A stretch of DNA of 64,000 nt from an uncultured Alphaproteobacteria bacterium. Its GTDB lineage: Bacteria; Pseudomonadota; Alphaproteobacteria; RF32; CAG-239. Shown here piece after piece: positions 20,245-30,560 of this stretch. How positions within the stretch are numbered: the first letter of the stretch is position 1; every line of letters starts with the position of its first letter. The stretch is taken from contig CALXYB010000008.1 in assembly GCA_944392835.1 (NCBI GenBank), positions 4,821 to 68,820 of the forward strand, written 5' to 3'. Under the pieces are notes generated by a model that saw nothing but the letters and a program-made list of their open reading frames with translations, was not told the origin of the DNA and did no database searches. Made by a program: the position numbers and the translations under genes.

Positions 20245-21186
20245 TTATGCGCAAAGTCCGCAGTTTGAACAGCCGTTGCAAATCAGGCGGCTGCCGCAAG
20301 TTTGGCAGCGTTCGCGAAAGAATTTTTTATAGGTGTTTTCTTCCTCAAAAAATGATGGCTGTGCTTGCCTTAATTTGAAGCTTTGCGCCCTTCCCTCATA
20401 CTGCATTCCCGATTTGAAAGCCATCTCGCTTTGCAGGCGTTTGTCCGGCATATGATAAGTTTTGCCGTCTTTGATAAAATAGCTGCCCGTTTCTATAAAA
20501 CAAAAAGTTACATTCGCGGCAACGCATTCGGCATATAGCTTTTTTACCCAAGCATAATCGCAGGGGCGCGAGCCGTCATAGTTTTCGCCTCCGGCTATTA
20601 CCTGCTCTATCTGCCCCGAAGAAAGATATTCGGCAAGACTTACTTCCCCTATAAAAGGCGCAACCATAATCCCCTTATGCTTAAACGGAAGCTCCAGCAA
20701 AAGCGGTATCCGCTCATCTGCCATAGTTTGGTTCTCACAAGTAACATTAAAAAAGACATTTTCCCAGCCATCCTGCCAATCCGGCGGGAGGCAATTTTTT
20801 ACCCGCTCAGGTCGCTTGGTCAACAAAAAGAAGATGACATCAGGTCTTTGTTTCATTATCTGCCATGCCTCTTGCCGCCAGACATCCGCCTCTGCCAGAA
20901 AAAAGTCAGAGGTCATACAAACACGCAGTTGCTCCCCGCTTTTGACCTTGTAATGTCCGTCCTTGTCTTTTTGCAAAGGATAGTCAAAATTGTTCTTTAC
21001 CTTATAAATTTTACCGCCATCGCCACCGCGTTGCTTGTCTAAAAAGTACATATAACAATTTCGGCAGCCTTCGCTCTTTTTGATGCAACCATGCCACGGA
21101 TTCCATATATCATGCATAAATTTTTCTTCCTTTTTATGCTCAAACATAATATTATCCGTTACAAACATCAACCAAAAAACTTTCAA
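20245..21186 (-). CDS. phage Gp37/Gp68 family protein (DUF5131)
   Basis: HDIWNPWHGCIKKSEGCRNCY matches the family N-terminal signature. C-terminal Cys cluster. Confidence 0.55.
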   Translation of the reverse strand: MKVFWLMFVTDNIMFEHKKEEKFMHDIWNPWHGCIKKSEGCRNCYMYFLDKQRGGDGGKIYKVKNNFDYPLQKDKDGHYKVKSGEQLRVCMTSDFFLAEADVWRQEAWQIMKQRPDVIFFLLTKRPERVKNCLPPDWQDGWENVFFNVTCENQTMADERIPLLLELPFKHKGIMVAPFIGEVSLAEYLSSGQIEQVIAGGENYDGSRPCDYAWVKKLYAECVAANVTFCFIETGSYFIKDGKTYHMPDKRLQSEMAFKSGMQYEGRAQSFKLRQAQPSFFEEENTYKKFFRERCQTCGSRLICNGCSNCGLCA

Positions 21187-21276
21187 CCTTAAGGGGATAT
21201 GTTGTAAGTCATAGTTGATTTTGGTGCAATCATATTAATAATAGTAGTGTAAGAGTTTATTTTAAGGAGTGGGTGT

Positions 21277-22947
21277 ATGTTATCTGATATTGAAATTTCG
21301 CAACAAAATCAACCTGAGCCGATTTTGAATATTGCGCAAAAAGTCGGTTTATATGAAAATGATGTGGAGCTTTACGGCAAATATAAGGCAAAAATAAGCT
21401 TTGAAAAACTTAAAGAACTTTCTAAGGCTCCGCTTAACGGAAAGCTCATTTTAGTTACGGCTATTACTCCTACTCCCGCCGGAGAAGGAAAATCCACCAT
21501 CTCCATCGGTTTGGCTGATGCTTTGCAACGCAGTCGCAAAAATGTTATGCTTGCTTTGCGTGAGCCTTCGCTCGGCCCATGTTTTGGTCTTAAAGGCGGC
21601 GCAACCGGCGGCGGTTATGCCCAAATTGTGCCGATGGAAGAAATCAATTTGCATTTCACGGGCGATATTCACGCCATTACGGCCGCAAACAACCTTTTGG
21701 CGGCGATGATTGATAACCATATCAAGCAAGGCAATGAACTCAACATCAATCCGCAAAGTATTTGTTGGCGGCGTTGTCTGGACCTTAATGACCGTGCGTT
21801 GCGCGCTGTGGAAATCGCTATGGGCGGCGCGGCTGACGGAATGCCTCGCCGAGACGGCTTTGACATCAGCGTAGCCTCCGAGATTATGGCTATTTTGTGC
21901 TTGGCTGAAGACATAACAGACCTCAAAAAACGTCTGTCCAACATCGTTATCGGCAAAACCTATGACGGGCGCTATGTTACCGCCAAAGAGATTAAGGCTG
22001 TCGGGGCTATGGCGGCTTTGCTCAAAGATGCTATTCGCCCGAACATCGTGCAGACTTTGGAAAAAACTCCGGCTCTGGTCCATGGCGGACCTTTTGCAAA
22101 TATTGCACATGGTTGCAACAGCATTGTTGCAACCAAAACAGCCTTACGCTTGGCTGACTATGTGGTTACGGAAGCAGGCTTCGGCGCAGACTTAGGTGCG
22201 GAAAAGTTTTTTGACATCAAATGCCAAATCGGTAATCTTAAACCCGATGCCGTAGTTGTGGTCGCGACCATCCGCGCGCTCAAAATGCACGGCGGTGTTG
22301 AAAAAGACAAACTCGGCGAAGAAAACTTGGAGGCTTTGCGCAAAGGATTTGCTAACCTTCGCGTTCATTTGGAAAATGTGGCAAAATTCGGGGTGCCTGC
22401 TATCGTTGCCGTTAACCGCTTTGTTACCGACAGCGTATCCGAGCTTAATTTGCTCCAAGAATTATGCTCCGAAATCAGCGTTTCCGCTATTGTTACAAAC
22501 TGTTGGGAATTGGGCGGTAAAGGCGCTTTGGCACTGGCCTTTGAAGTTATCCGTGCAGCTGATGAGCCCGAAAACTTTGGCCCATTATATGACATTAATT
22601 TGCCGCTGAAAGAAAAAATCTGCCGCATTGCTAAAGAAATTTATCGTGCAGGAGAAATTACCTTCTCCGAAAAAGCTTTGGCAAAACTTGCAGAATATGA
22701 AAACAACGGTTATGCCAAACTTCCGGTTTGTATTGCAAAGACGCAAAACTCTATCTCTGATGACCCAAAGCTCAAAGGTGCGCCTCATGGCTTTAACTTT
22801 ACGGTTAATGATGTGCGTCTCTCCGCCGGCGCGGGTTTTGTTGTTGCTCTAGCCGGAAATATCTTAACTATGCCGGGGTTGCCCAAGCACCCTGCCGCCG
22901 AACAGATTGATGTTGACGAGGACGGCAAAATCTCCGGTCTTTTCTGA
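21277..22947 (+). CDS. fhs: formate--tetrahydrofolate ligase
   Basis: Full-length 556 aa. TPAGEGKST P-loop. Strong family-wide similarity. RBS AAGGAG. Confidence 0.9.
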   Translation: MLSDIEISQQNQPEPILNIAQKVGLYENDVELYGKYKAKISFEKLKELSKAPLNGKLILVTAITPTPAGEGKSTISIGLADALQRSRKNVMLALREPSLGPCFGLKGGATGGGYAQIVPMEEINLHFTGDIHAITAANNLLAAMIDNHIKQGNELNINPQSICWRRCLDLNDRALRAVEIAMGGAADGMPRRDGFDISVASEIMAILCLAEDITDLKKRLSNIVIGKTYDGRYVTAKEIKAVGAMAALLKDAIRPNIVQTLEKTPALVHGGPFANIAHGCNSIVATKTALRLADYVVTEAGFGADLGAEKFFDIKCQIGNLKPDAVVVVATIRALKMHGGVEKDKLGEENLEALRKGFANLRVHLENVAKFGVPAIVAVNRFVTDSVSELNLLQELCSEISVSAIVTNCWELGGKGALALAFEVIRAADEPENFGPLYDINLPLKEKICRIAKEIYRAGEITFSEKALAKLAEYENNGYAKLPVCIAKTQNSISDDPKLKGAPHGFNFTVNDVRLSAGAGFVVALAGNILTMPGLPKHPAAEQIDVDEDGKISGLF

Positions 22948-23006
22948 CAGCAAAATTAAAAGGCGCACCCAAGTTTTTGAGTACGCCTTTTTTTCTTTCT
23001 TATCTT

Positions 23007-23630
23007 CTACCCTAATCTAATCAGCGGATATTTTTCGCTTCGGGCATCGGGAAGTTCATAATGCCACCATTCATGCAATCTTGGAACCGGAACCAAGCCA
23101 ATGTCTTCCATCAGTTTTCGCAACTCGTTGCGGTTGTTAATGGCTTCCGGCATATCAGGATTGGTATAATTATGCGAGGCTTGTTTTAAGTAAGCAAAAA
23201 AGCCTTGCAAATTGCCCGATTGCACTTCCTTCGCAAAATGCTCGTCATAAGCATCTACCAAAGTTGGATAGACAAGCTCCTTGCCGTCTTTTTCTACCAG
23301 AGCAACATCTACGGCCGTAGCACGGCAATGCGGTGAACGTGAAGCATCGGCAATAAAAAAGCCATCTTGCGGAATGAGTGCAAATAATTTTTCATGAGCC
23401 TCTACCGGACGGCAAGCATCATAAATTTTGAGCTTGCGCCCCGTCTTGTCCAGATAAGGTATCAGTCTTTGCAGAGCTTGCCACAAATTCGGATGAACAT
23501 AGGCTTGATTTCCCCAACCTAAATCCGCATAAACAGCAACACCTGTCATATTATGCTCTGTTCCAGCATACATTAAATCTATGATAAAATGCGGGTCGGT
23601 GATTTTTACCAAGCCATCCAAATTATTCAT
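23007..23630 (-). CDS. D-alanyl-D-alanine dipeptidase (peptidase M15D, VanX/DdpX-like)
   Basis: SRSPHCRATAVD and EWWHYE Zn-ligand motifs. Confidence 0.7.
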   Translation of the reverse strand: MNNLDGLVKITDPHFIIDLMYAGTEHNMTGVAVYADLGWGNQAYVHPNLWQALQRLIPYLDKTGRKLKIYDACRPVEAHEKLFALIPQDGFFIADASRSPHCRATAVDVALVEKDGKELVYPTLVDAYDEHFAKEVQSGNLQGFFAYLKQASHNYTNPDMPEAINNRNELRKLMEDIGLVPVPRLHEWWHYELPDARSEKYPLIRLG

Positions 23631-23635
23631 TATTC

Positions 23636-24274
23636 TTATCTCTCCGGCTTGTAGATTTTGTTGCCTTCTTTAACATAGTCTTCCAAAACCTGACAACCTT
23701 TGGCCGATTCAATATTGCCATAAACCTTAATCCCGCGTTTTTTGAACTCATTAACCCAGTCCGGTTTATAGCCTTCATCAAAACCCGTAATCTGTTCAAC
23801 ATCTTTGGACGGCACGCTGTAAAAAACCGTCTTGACCCCTGACCACATTATCGCGCCGGTACACATAACGCAAGGTTCGGCATTGACATAGATGGTCAGA
23901 TTATGTTTGGACAAGTCATATTCGCCAAACTTTTGGTGTGCCAAACGAAGCGTGTTGACCTCGGCATGGTACAAAGCGCAATTATCCTCCACCACGCTGT
24001 TTGAGGCGGCAACAACCAAATTGCCTTCCGCATCATAAATTTCGGCATAGAAAGGACCTTTACCTTTTTTTATGCCCTCGGCCGTCTTGTCATGAATGTT
24101 GCGCAAAATCTGTTCAGCCTTGTGCAAGTCTGCTTCAGACAAAGGACTGTTTGCGATGATGTTTTTTTGTTCAAGCTCGGTAACGCTTAGCATTTTATCT
24201 TCTTTTGACATATCTCTTCTTCCTTCTTTATAATTCTTTCTTACAAATATTTCCCAATTTATAAAAAAAATCAA
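23636..24274 (-). CDS. nucleoside/nucleotide deaminase (CMP/dCMP-type zinc deaminase)
   Basis: HAEVN and PCVMCTGAI zinc-binding motifs. Confidence 0.7.
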   Translation of the reverse strand: MIFFINWEIFVRKNYKEGRRDMSKEDKMLSVTELEQKNIIANSPLSEADLHKAEQILRNIHDKTAEGIKKGKGPFYAEIYDAEGNLVVAASNSVVEDNCALYHAEVNTLRLAHQKFGEYDLSKHNLTIYVNAEPCVMCTGAIMWSGVKTVFYSVPSKDVEQITGFDEGYKPDWVNEFKKRGIKVYGNIESAKGCQVLEDYVKEGNKIYKPER

Positions 24275-24346
24275 ATTAAATATTGACTTAGAGTATACTC
24301 TAGCAATTACGATATATGCGTTATTAGAATATTTGTTCTTAATATT

Positions 24347-25375
24347 TTGGAGAAAAATATGAAAATTTTATTGTCTTTATTGGTGATTGCGGCTTGTGCA
24401 GGTGTTTGGAAATATTATTCCTGCCATAGTTGGGATAAAACCTTTCCCAAAAGCGACAAAGTTGATGTTAAAAAAGTTTCTTTTGTTAATCGTTACGGAA
24501 TAGAGTTGGTCGGCGACCTTTATACACCGAAAAATATAGGTAAAGAAAAATTACCTGCCATTGCCGTCTCCGGACCTTTCGGTGCGGTCAAAGAGCAATC
24601 TTCCGGCTTATATGCACAGACAATGGCTGAAAAAGGTTTTGTTACCTTGGCTTTTGACCCATCTTATACGGGCGAAAGCGGCGGCAAACCGCGTTTGGTT
24701 GCCTCGCCGGATATTAATACGGAAGACATGAGTGCCGCCGTTGACTTTTTGAGCAACTTGCCTTTTGTAAATGCGGATAAAATCGGTGTTATCGGAATAT
24801 GCGGTTTTGGCGGATTTGCGCTTAATGCTGCCGCTATGGATACGAGAATCAAGGCAACGGTTACGGCAACCATGTATGATATGAGCCGCGTGAATGCCAA
24901 CGGATATTTTGATGCCATGGATGAAAATGCACGCTACGCTCTCAAAGAAAAACTTAATGCACAGAGAACCTCTGACTTTAAGAATGGAACTTATGCCCCC
25001 GAAGCCGGACTGCCCGATAAGTTGACTGGTGATGAACCGCAGTTTGTTAAGGACTATTATGATTATTATAAAACGCCGCGCGGTTATCATAAACGCTCCA
25101 AAAACTCTAATACGGGCTGGAATATGACTTATGCGCTGTCTTTTATTAATATGCCGATTTTGTCTTACAGCAACGAAATCAGAACACCGGTTTTGATGAT
25201 TCACGGCGAAAAAGCGCATAGTCGTTATTTTAGTGAAGATGCGTTCAAAAAACTTAAAGGCAAAAATAAGGAACTGATGATTATTCCGGATGCAAACCAT
25301 GTGGATTTGTACGATAATCTTGAAAAAATTCCTTTTGATAAAATCACACAATTCTTTATGGAAAATCTGAAATAA
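24347..25375 (+). CDS. secreted alpha/beta hydrolase (dienelactone-hydrolase-like)
   Basis: Signal peptide. Nucleophile elbow GICGFGG. C-terminal His region. Confidence 0.55.
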   Translation: MEKNMKILLSLLVIAACAGVWKYYSCHSWDKTFPKSDKVDVKKVSFVNRYGIELVGDLYTPKNIGKEKLPAIAVSGPFGAVKEQSSGLYAQTMAEKGFVTLAFDPSYTGESGGKPRLVASPDINTEDMSAAVDFLSNLPFVNADKIGVIGICGFGGFALNAAAMDTRIKATVTATMYDMSRVNANGYFDAMDENARYALKEKLNAQRTSDFKNGTYAPEAGLPDKLTGDEPQFVKDYYDYYKTPRGYHKRSKNSNTGWNMTYALSFINMPILSYSNEIRTPVLMIHGEKAHSRYFSEDAFKKLKGKNKELMIIPDANHVDLYDNLEKIPFDKITQFFMENLK

Positions 25376-25645
25376 GAAAAACTAGATAAAGCCGAGAGAG
25401 AAAAATCTCGGCTTTATTTTTTTAGAAAAAAAAATTCTTTACAAAGACGAAGAAATCTGCAATATTGCTTTTCAGTGTTAATTTATGTTGGTTTAAGATG
25501 AACAATTTGAGACAAACATCTCTGCGTTTGCGCAGACTGATAATGCGACGATGACTTTACCTTTTTAGGTTTTGTCTGTCGCAAGGTTTGAGTTTTGCTC
25601 AAATCTTTTTTTTGTGAAAAATTTATCAGTTATTCAGAGGTCTCA

Positions 25646-26419
25646 ATGAACAAAAAACATTTAACGGTTAAAAAATTAGATATCAGCAACTTAGCAGATG
25701 TTATGAAGCTGCAAGAAAAAATCATCAGCGGATTGCACCCTGACGAACAACATTTTATTCTGCACAGAACCGCCGAAGATTATATGAAATCACTTGATGG
25801 CAAAAGCTCCAATATGCTCGGTGTTTTTGACGGTGATGTCTTAATTGCGCAAACGGTTTTCAATATGCCGCAAAACGGTGAAGAAAGAGATATGCCCGAG
25901 TTTAAGCCCGACTTGGAAAACAAAGATTTGGTTTTGTATGAAGCAATTTTGGTTGATCCGGCTTATCGGGGATCCAGCCTGATGAAAAAGATGTTGGAAT
26001 ATATTGAGGGGCACGCTCTTGATAACGGTCGGACACACGCCATTATCCAAATTGCCGTAGATAATCCGGCAAGCTGGATTAATGCCTTACACCACGGAAT
26101 GTCCATTACCAAGGTAGACCTTGACCCTGTTGACGCCGCAAAAGTTATTTATTTGGAAAAGGAAATTGCTCATTCCAATACCCCCAATCTGCGGGCTGCC
26201 AACAACAATCACCAGACTTACAGTTTGTTTTTGGGTGAAAATATACATGCCAGAATTCCGTCTTTATTTAACAAAATGCAATATCTGATTCAAAACGGCT
26301 ACAAAGGCGTTAGTCTTAACAAAGAAACCCAAAGTTTGATTTTTGAAAAACAAACAACAAGCCGGACAAAATCTCTTAACTTTGCTTATTTTTCAAATGA
26401 CAAGGTCAGCTCTTTGTAA
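25646..26419 (+). CDS. GNAT-family N-acetyltransferase-like protein
   Basis: Acetyl-CoA-binding-like YRGSSLMKKMLEYIEGHA. Start trimmed to ATG 25646. Confidence 0.45.
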   Translation: MNKKHLTVKKLDISNLADVMKLQEKIISGLHPDEQHFILHRTAEDYMKSLDGKSSNMLGVFDGDVLIAQTVFNMPQNGEERDMPEFKPDLENKDLVLYEAILVDPAYRGSSLMKKMLEYIEGHALDNGRTHAIIQIAVDNPASWINALHHGMSITKVDLDPVDAAKVIYLEKEIAHSNTPNLRAANNNHQTYSLFLGENIHARIPSLFNKMQYLIQNGYKGVSLNKETQSLIFEKQTTSRTKSLNFAYFSNDKVSSL

Positions 26420-26482
26420 AAATCCATCTTGCATCTTTCGGAAAAAAAATATAATATAAAAAAGTCTTTTGTATTATATTGA

Positions 26483-26517
26483 GATTTTATTATTAACCTA
26501 AAATATATTGCCTTATG
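26483..26517 (+). promoter_or_regulatory. 35-bp duplicated 5' leader / start region (copy 1)
   Basis: gattttattattaacctaaaatatattgccttatg. Differs at one position from 27268..27302. Includes the start codon of 26515..27045. Confidence 0.5.
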
Positions 26518-27045
26518 GAAGAAAAAGTACAAGCTATTTTAAGATTGATGGAAGTTATGGGGGTTACCATAAATGATTTGCAGGTTTTTAATCGCAGTAT
26601 TGAATCAACTAAAAAATTTCCATTAGAAGTTTACTATGATGATAAGACAATGTCTGACGACCTTGAGTATTATAAAAAAGGATTGGAGCGTTGTCCTATC
26701 GGAATAGTTATTGGTGATACGGTGTTTGCTCTGCCTTCTCGTATTGATAGCCCTAAATGTGGTGAAGCTTTCAAGTATTGTAAAGAAGCCTTTGGTAGAG
26801 GTATAATAGGTTCTTTGCCAATACAAAATCAGTTTGAAATGCTTAAAGAACATCTTACTGATTATGATAAGATATCTTTTTATCTTGAGAAGAAAAGATT
26901 GGGTGATGATGACCAGTTATATCTCGCTATTGAACACCCTGGTAATAGAGAGCATTTACAATACTATTATGATTTTAAAAGGGAGATAATTGCTTCAAAT
27001 AATAGTTGGGTTCCAACACTTCCCGTTATTAATTTGAAAAATTAA
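26515..27045 (+). CDS. hypothetical protein
   Basis: 176-aa ORF behind the duplicated leader. Confidence 0.4.
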   Translation: MEEKVQAILRLMEVMGVTINDLQVFNRSIESTKKFPLEVYYDDKTMSDDLEYYKKGLERCPIGIVIGDTVFALPSRIDSPKCGEAFKYCKEAFGRGIIGSLPIQNQFEMLKEHLTDYDKISFYLEKKRLGDDDQLYLAIEHPGNREHLQYYYDFKREIIASNNSWVPTLPVINLKN

Positions 27046-27267
27046 ATTCTAAAAAACAGACACTCTTAGCTTTTTAAGTTAAGGGTGTTTTTTTATAAAT
27101 TAAATCACAAAAAAATCTCGCTTTTATTATAAAATATTATATAATTCCTTAACAAATTAAAAATTATGTCAAACTTTTATTATGAAAGATTAAATCTTTA
27201 TTGTTATGTTGCTTGCGCTGCATACCTTTAATAAAATGCCTTCGGTCTTGTTGGGCTGAAAGCTATG

Positions 27268-27302
27268 GATTTTATTATTAACCTAAAATATATTGGCTTA
27301 TG
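27268..27302 (+). promoter_or_regulatory. 35-bp duplicated 5' leader / start region (copy 2)
   Basis: Near-identical to 26483..26517. Includes the start codon of 27300..27743. Confidence 0.5.
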
Positions 27303-27743
27303 AAAAAAACAATATTCTTACGTTCGCTGGACTATTTATGCAAAGTTCTCGAAAGAATTGGAGACTGGATAGACTTTGATTGGCAGTTTAGGTTTCTTCG
27401 CTGCATAAATATCAGTCTTTTTATTGTTGTGCTTTTATCCGATATCTTTAATCTAAACTTTGAGATAACAAGAATACTTTTTGGAATTTTTGGCGCAACA
27501 TGGACTGCTTCAAGAAGCTATATGTATAAGAAAGCTTTGCTTGTTTCGGAACCGGAACTGAGAAAACTCCTGATTGTTTGTGATATCGGATGTATCTGTT
27601 TCGGATGTTGTATTGTCCTCAATGTAATAGCGTTTTATTTGCCACTTATTCCTGTGCTAGCCTGCATTTTTCTGATGTTTATATGTCTGGTTATAAGTGC
27701 TGTAATGGCGGTGTATATGGCTATTTTGATTCTTAAGCCCTAA
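27300..27743 (+). CDS. integral membrane protein, hypothetical
   Basis: Four TM helices. Terminator hairpin at about 27756-27786. Confidence 0.4.
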   Translation: MKKTIFLRSLDYLCKVLERIGDWIDFDWQFRFLRCINISLFIVVLLSDIFNLNFEITRILFGIFGATWTASRSYMYKKALLVSEPELRKLLIVCDIGCICFGCCIVLNVIAFYLPLIPVLACIFLMFICLVISAVMAVYMAILILKP

Positions 27744-27790
27744 TTTTATAAAAGTCGGAAGATGTTTTTTATCTTCCGGCTTTTGCTTTT

Positions 27791-28666
27791 TTAATGCCCG
27801 AGATAATACCATTCGGTATTGATATCTGCTTGGCTGTTGGGAAGCAGAATAAAACCATCATTCGGCGCATATAGTTCTTCTCCGTCTGCATAAACGGCGA
27901 TTTTTTCTCCACGGCTTATCGGGTCCAGATGTTTGTAATTTTTGCAAAGTTTGCCTTCTTTGGTCTTGAGTACGTAGCTATCCATCTGAATATGCTTCTT
28001 GGGGTGGGTTTTGATCTGATTATGCTCTATCAACCCAAATACAGCTAAAGTGCTTTTAATCGCCTTATAAGCTAAATCCACCGCCGCGGGGGACTTGTGG
28101 TAACCGCATTCAACCGTTGTGCCCGTATTGCCCAAAATATGTGCGCATTGCTCGGTGGAGAAATCCTGAATGGCACTTTCCCCACTATAGATTTTCGGCC
28201 AACCTTCCAAAACAAAATCCACCTCCAGCGCGGAGATGAGCTTTTGATTATCTTCATTCGGATAATCGCAAAAAGCAAAAGGAACATCACCCTCACAATG
28301 GGTGGAATGCAGGTCTAACATAATCTGATGATTTTGAATCAGGGGGTAAATCTCGTTGGCTAATTTTTGCTCATAAGTTTTTGGATTGGCGTGATAAGTT
28401 ATTACCCTGTTCAAGTTCTCTTCCACGCAGCGCTCATCTTTTTTATAAGCCTCGGGGTTGCATATCGGGACCAAGGTTAAGCGTCCGCCTTTAAGCTTCA
28501 ACTCGCCGCTGTTTAGCTCCTTTATAACCTTAAATGCGGCATTGGTTCCCGCGGTTTCGTTGCCATGGATGGCGGCTAAGACCAAAAGGCTTATGCCCTC
28601 CTCTCCTCCATTAAACTCATATTTTTCAATCATCAAAATTCTCCTTGGGCAAAATAATAACCTCAT
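27791..28666 (-). CDS. succinylglutamate desuccinylase/aspartoacylase family zinc hydrolase
   Basis: LAAIHGNETAG zinc-binding motif. Family-typical length. Confidence 0.65.
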   Translation of the reverse strand: MRLLFCPRRILMIEKYEFNGGEEGISLLVLAAIHGNETAGTNAAFKVIKELNSGELKLKGGRLTLVPICNPEAYKKDERCVEENLNRVITYHANPKTYEQKLANEIYPLIQNHQIMLDLHSTHCEGDVPFAFCDYPNEDNQKLISALEVDFVLEGWPKIYSGESAIQDFSTEQCAHILGNTGTTVECGYHKSPAAVDLAYKAIKSTLAVFGLIEHNQIKTHPKKHIQMDSYVLKTKEGKLCKNYKHLDPISRGEKIAVYADGEELYAPNDGFILLPNSQADINTEWYYLGH

Positions 28667-28731
28667 CTTGCAAGTTTACAAGCAAAAAACAAAATCCCCG
28701 CCTTGACGGACGAGGTTTTATTAATCTGCCC

Positions 28732-30027
28732 TTATTTTTCTTTTTGCTTCATCAGCCACTGAAGACGGGCGGCATTATTTTCATTCTGCGGGCGGGTCTG
28801 AAATTTTCCGCTTACGAGATTTACGCGCATATAATCACCTTCCTTAATATGCTCAAATTCTTTGCCGCGTCCAAAGGTTTCCAAAACCGTAAAGTCCAGA
28901 TTCTCACGCGACATATTGCCCAGGTGATTATATTGCGCCGAAAAAGGCGAGTGTTCACGAAAAAAACCCTCAAAAGCAAGATAGACGCCAACCGAATCCT
29001 TGGTAAAAACATGCACTGAGTCTCCGTCCCTTGACTTCCAAATATTTATATCAAAGTCTTTTTGGGCGTACCACGGTTGCGGGTAGCGTACGAAACCAAC
29101 TCTGCCTTCAATAATCGGTTTTTGCTGCGAAAAAACTGAAGTTGTTTTTAGGTCTATATTTTTTATAAAAAACTCAGGCAAACAATATGGACGTTGCTGC
29201 AAGAGATTAATCTGCCCCGTTTGCGAAACAGCAAACTCCATATCCACCGGATAATCCAAGTCTTTTTCCAATGAAGTTATTAGTGCGGCCAAGCTAAACT
29301 GTGCCTTATATTTTTGTCTGTCTTCCGGTGTAGCCAATCTGATATCACGGAACTTTGGGGACCAATAGGTTAGTTTTTTATCATTGTCATTAATTGAATT
29401 AAAACTTATGCGCTGAATATTGTTTTCTTCATCCGAATAAAATTTGCCGACCGCAAATAAATATCCTTCATCCCCGCCTTCGGCAACCAGTTTATCCGCA
29501 AATTTGTTTTTGGTATAATTTAAGACTACAAAAGGGTCGCCGTACCAACTTTCAGAATAAGCCACACCGGCGATTTTTGGCGTATCAACCATCTTTTGCA
29601 AGATGACGGCCATTTTGCTGCCTTCAACATTCTTTGCCGAGGCGTAAACCTCTCTCAGAGCCTGATACATCTGGCTTTTGTTTTTTACGGACAAGACAGA
29701 GGCAAATTGGCCTGAATAAGTTTTGCCCATTCCGTCCTCAACATCGGCCGAAGACCGAACCGCCACATTGCCGCCCAGCTTAACGACATATTCCATCGCC
29801 TTATTAACCAACTCCTCCGGAACGCCTTTATGCAGAATATCATACCGGTCAAAAACCTCGGATGATATGGCATAAGTTTTAGGAATGGCAATATCTAAGC
29901 CAAATTTTTGGTTATATTTATCAACCAGCTTTTTAAGTTTTACCAAACCTTTGAATTTGCCGCCGCTAAAAGGTGCGTAACTATTCTCGGCATTTTCTAA
30001 AGAAAGTATGTCGTATTCTCTTATCAT
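28732..30027 (-). CDS. PEP-utilising-enzyme ATP-grasp-domain protein (PEP synthase / rifampin-phosphotransferase-like N-domain only)
   Basis: FSGGKFKGL...AIPKTYAISSEVF resembles PPDK_N nucleotide-binding domain. No swivel-His domain. Confidence 0.45.
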   Translation of the reverse strand: MIREYDILSLENAENSYAPFSGGKFKGLVKLKKLVDKYNQKFGLDIAIPKTYAISSEVFDRYDILHKGVPEELVNKAMEYVVKLGGNVAVRSSADVEDGMGKTYSGQFASVLSVKNKSQMYQALREVYASAKNVEGSKMAVILQKMVDTPKIAGVAYSESWYGDPFVVLNYTKNKFADKLVAEGGDEGYLFAVGKFYSDEENNIQRISFNSINDNDKKLTYWSPKFRDIRLATPEDRQKYKAQFSLAALITSLEKDLDYPVDMEFAVSQTGQINLLQQRPYCLPEFFIKNIDLKTTSVFSQQKPIIEGRVGFVRYPQPWYAQKDFDINIWKSRDGDSVHVFTKDSVGVYLAFEGFFREHSPFSAQYNHLGNMSRENLDFTVLETFGRGKEFEHIKEGDYMRVNLVSGKFQTRPQNENNAARLQWLMKQKEK

Positions 30028-30097
30028 CTTCTTTACTTAATATTTTAGTGAATGGCTTGGTTTTATTCCATTTTCAGCCTTTTGTCAATTTTTTATA

Positions 30098-30427
30098 TCA
30101 AAGTCTTTTCCAGGTGCGTTGCTTGTTTTTCTCTTCCTTGTCCCGAAAGGCTTGCTCCAAATCAATGTTATGCATATTGGCCAAAGAGCAGAGATAAATA
30201 AAAACATCGGCTAATTCTTCCGCCACATTGCCGACGGTTGAGCCGGAGCCGATACTACCTGTTTTTGAATTTTTACGCACGGCAGAAATTACCTCACCGC
30301 ATTCTTCCGCAAATAAGCAACATTCATAAAACTTATCTGTCGTATTAAAGCCCCTTTCCTGCTTCATCTTTAGGACATATTCCTGAAAATCTTTAAGGGT
30401 CGGCTCTTTCTTTAGCTCCAAGGTCAT
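30098..30427 (-). CDS. MazG-like nucleotide pyrophosphohydrolase domain protein
   Basis: ECGEVISAVRK...EELADVFIYL EExxE/D motifs. Confidence 0.6.
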   Translation of the reverse strand: MTLELKKEPTLKDFQEYVLKMKQERGFNTTDKFYECCLFAEECGEVISAVRKNSKTGSIGSGSTVGNVAEELADVFIYLCSLANMHNIDLEQAFRDKEEKNKQRTWKRL

Positions 30428-30560
30428 CTCTTACTCCTTTGCTTGTTTTCTTTTTATTGAATTAGAAAACGGCGACAAAGGCAAGAAAATATTTTACCTT
30501 TCTATCTTTCTCTTTCTTCGCAATAAAAAAACCCTCCACTGCGGGAGGGAATTTTTTTAT

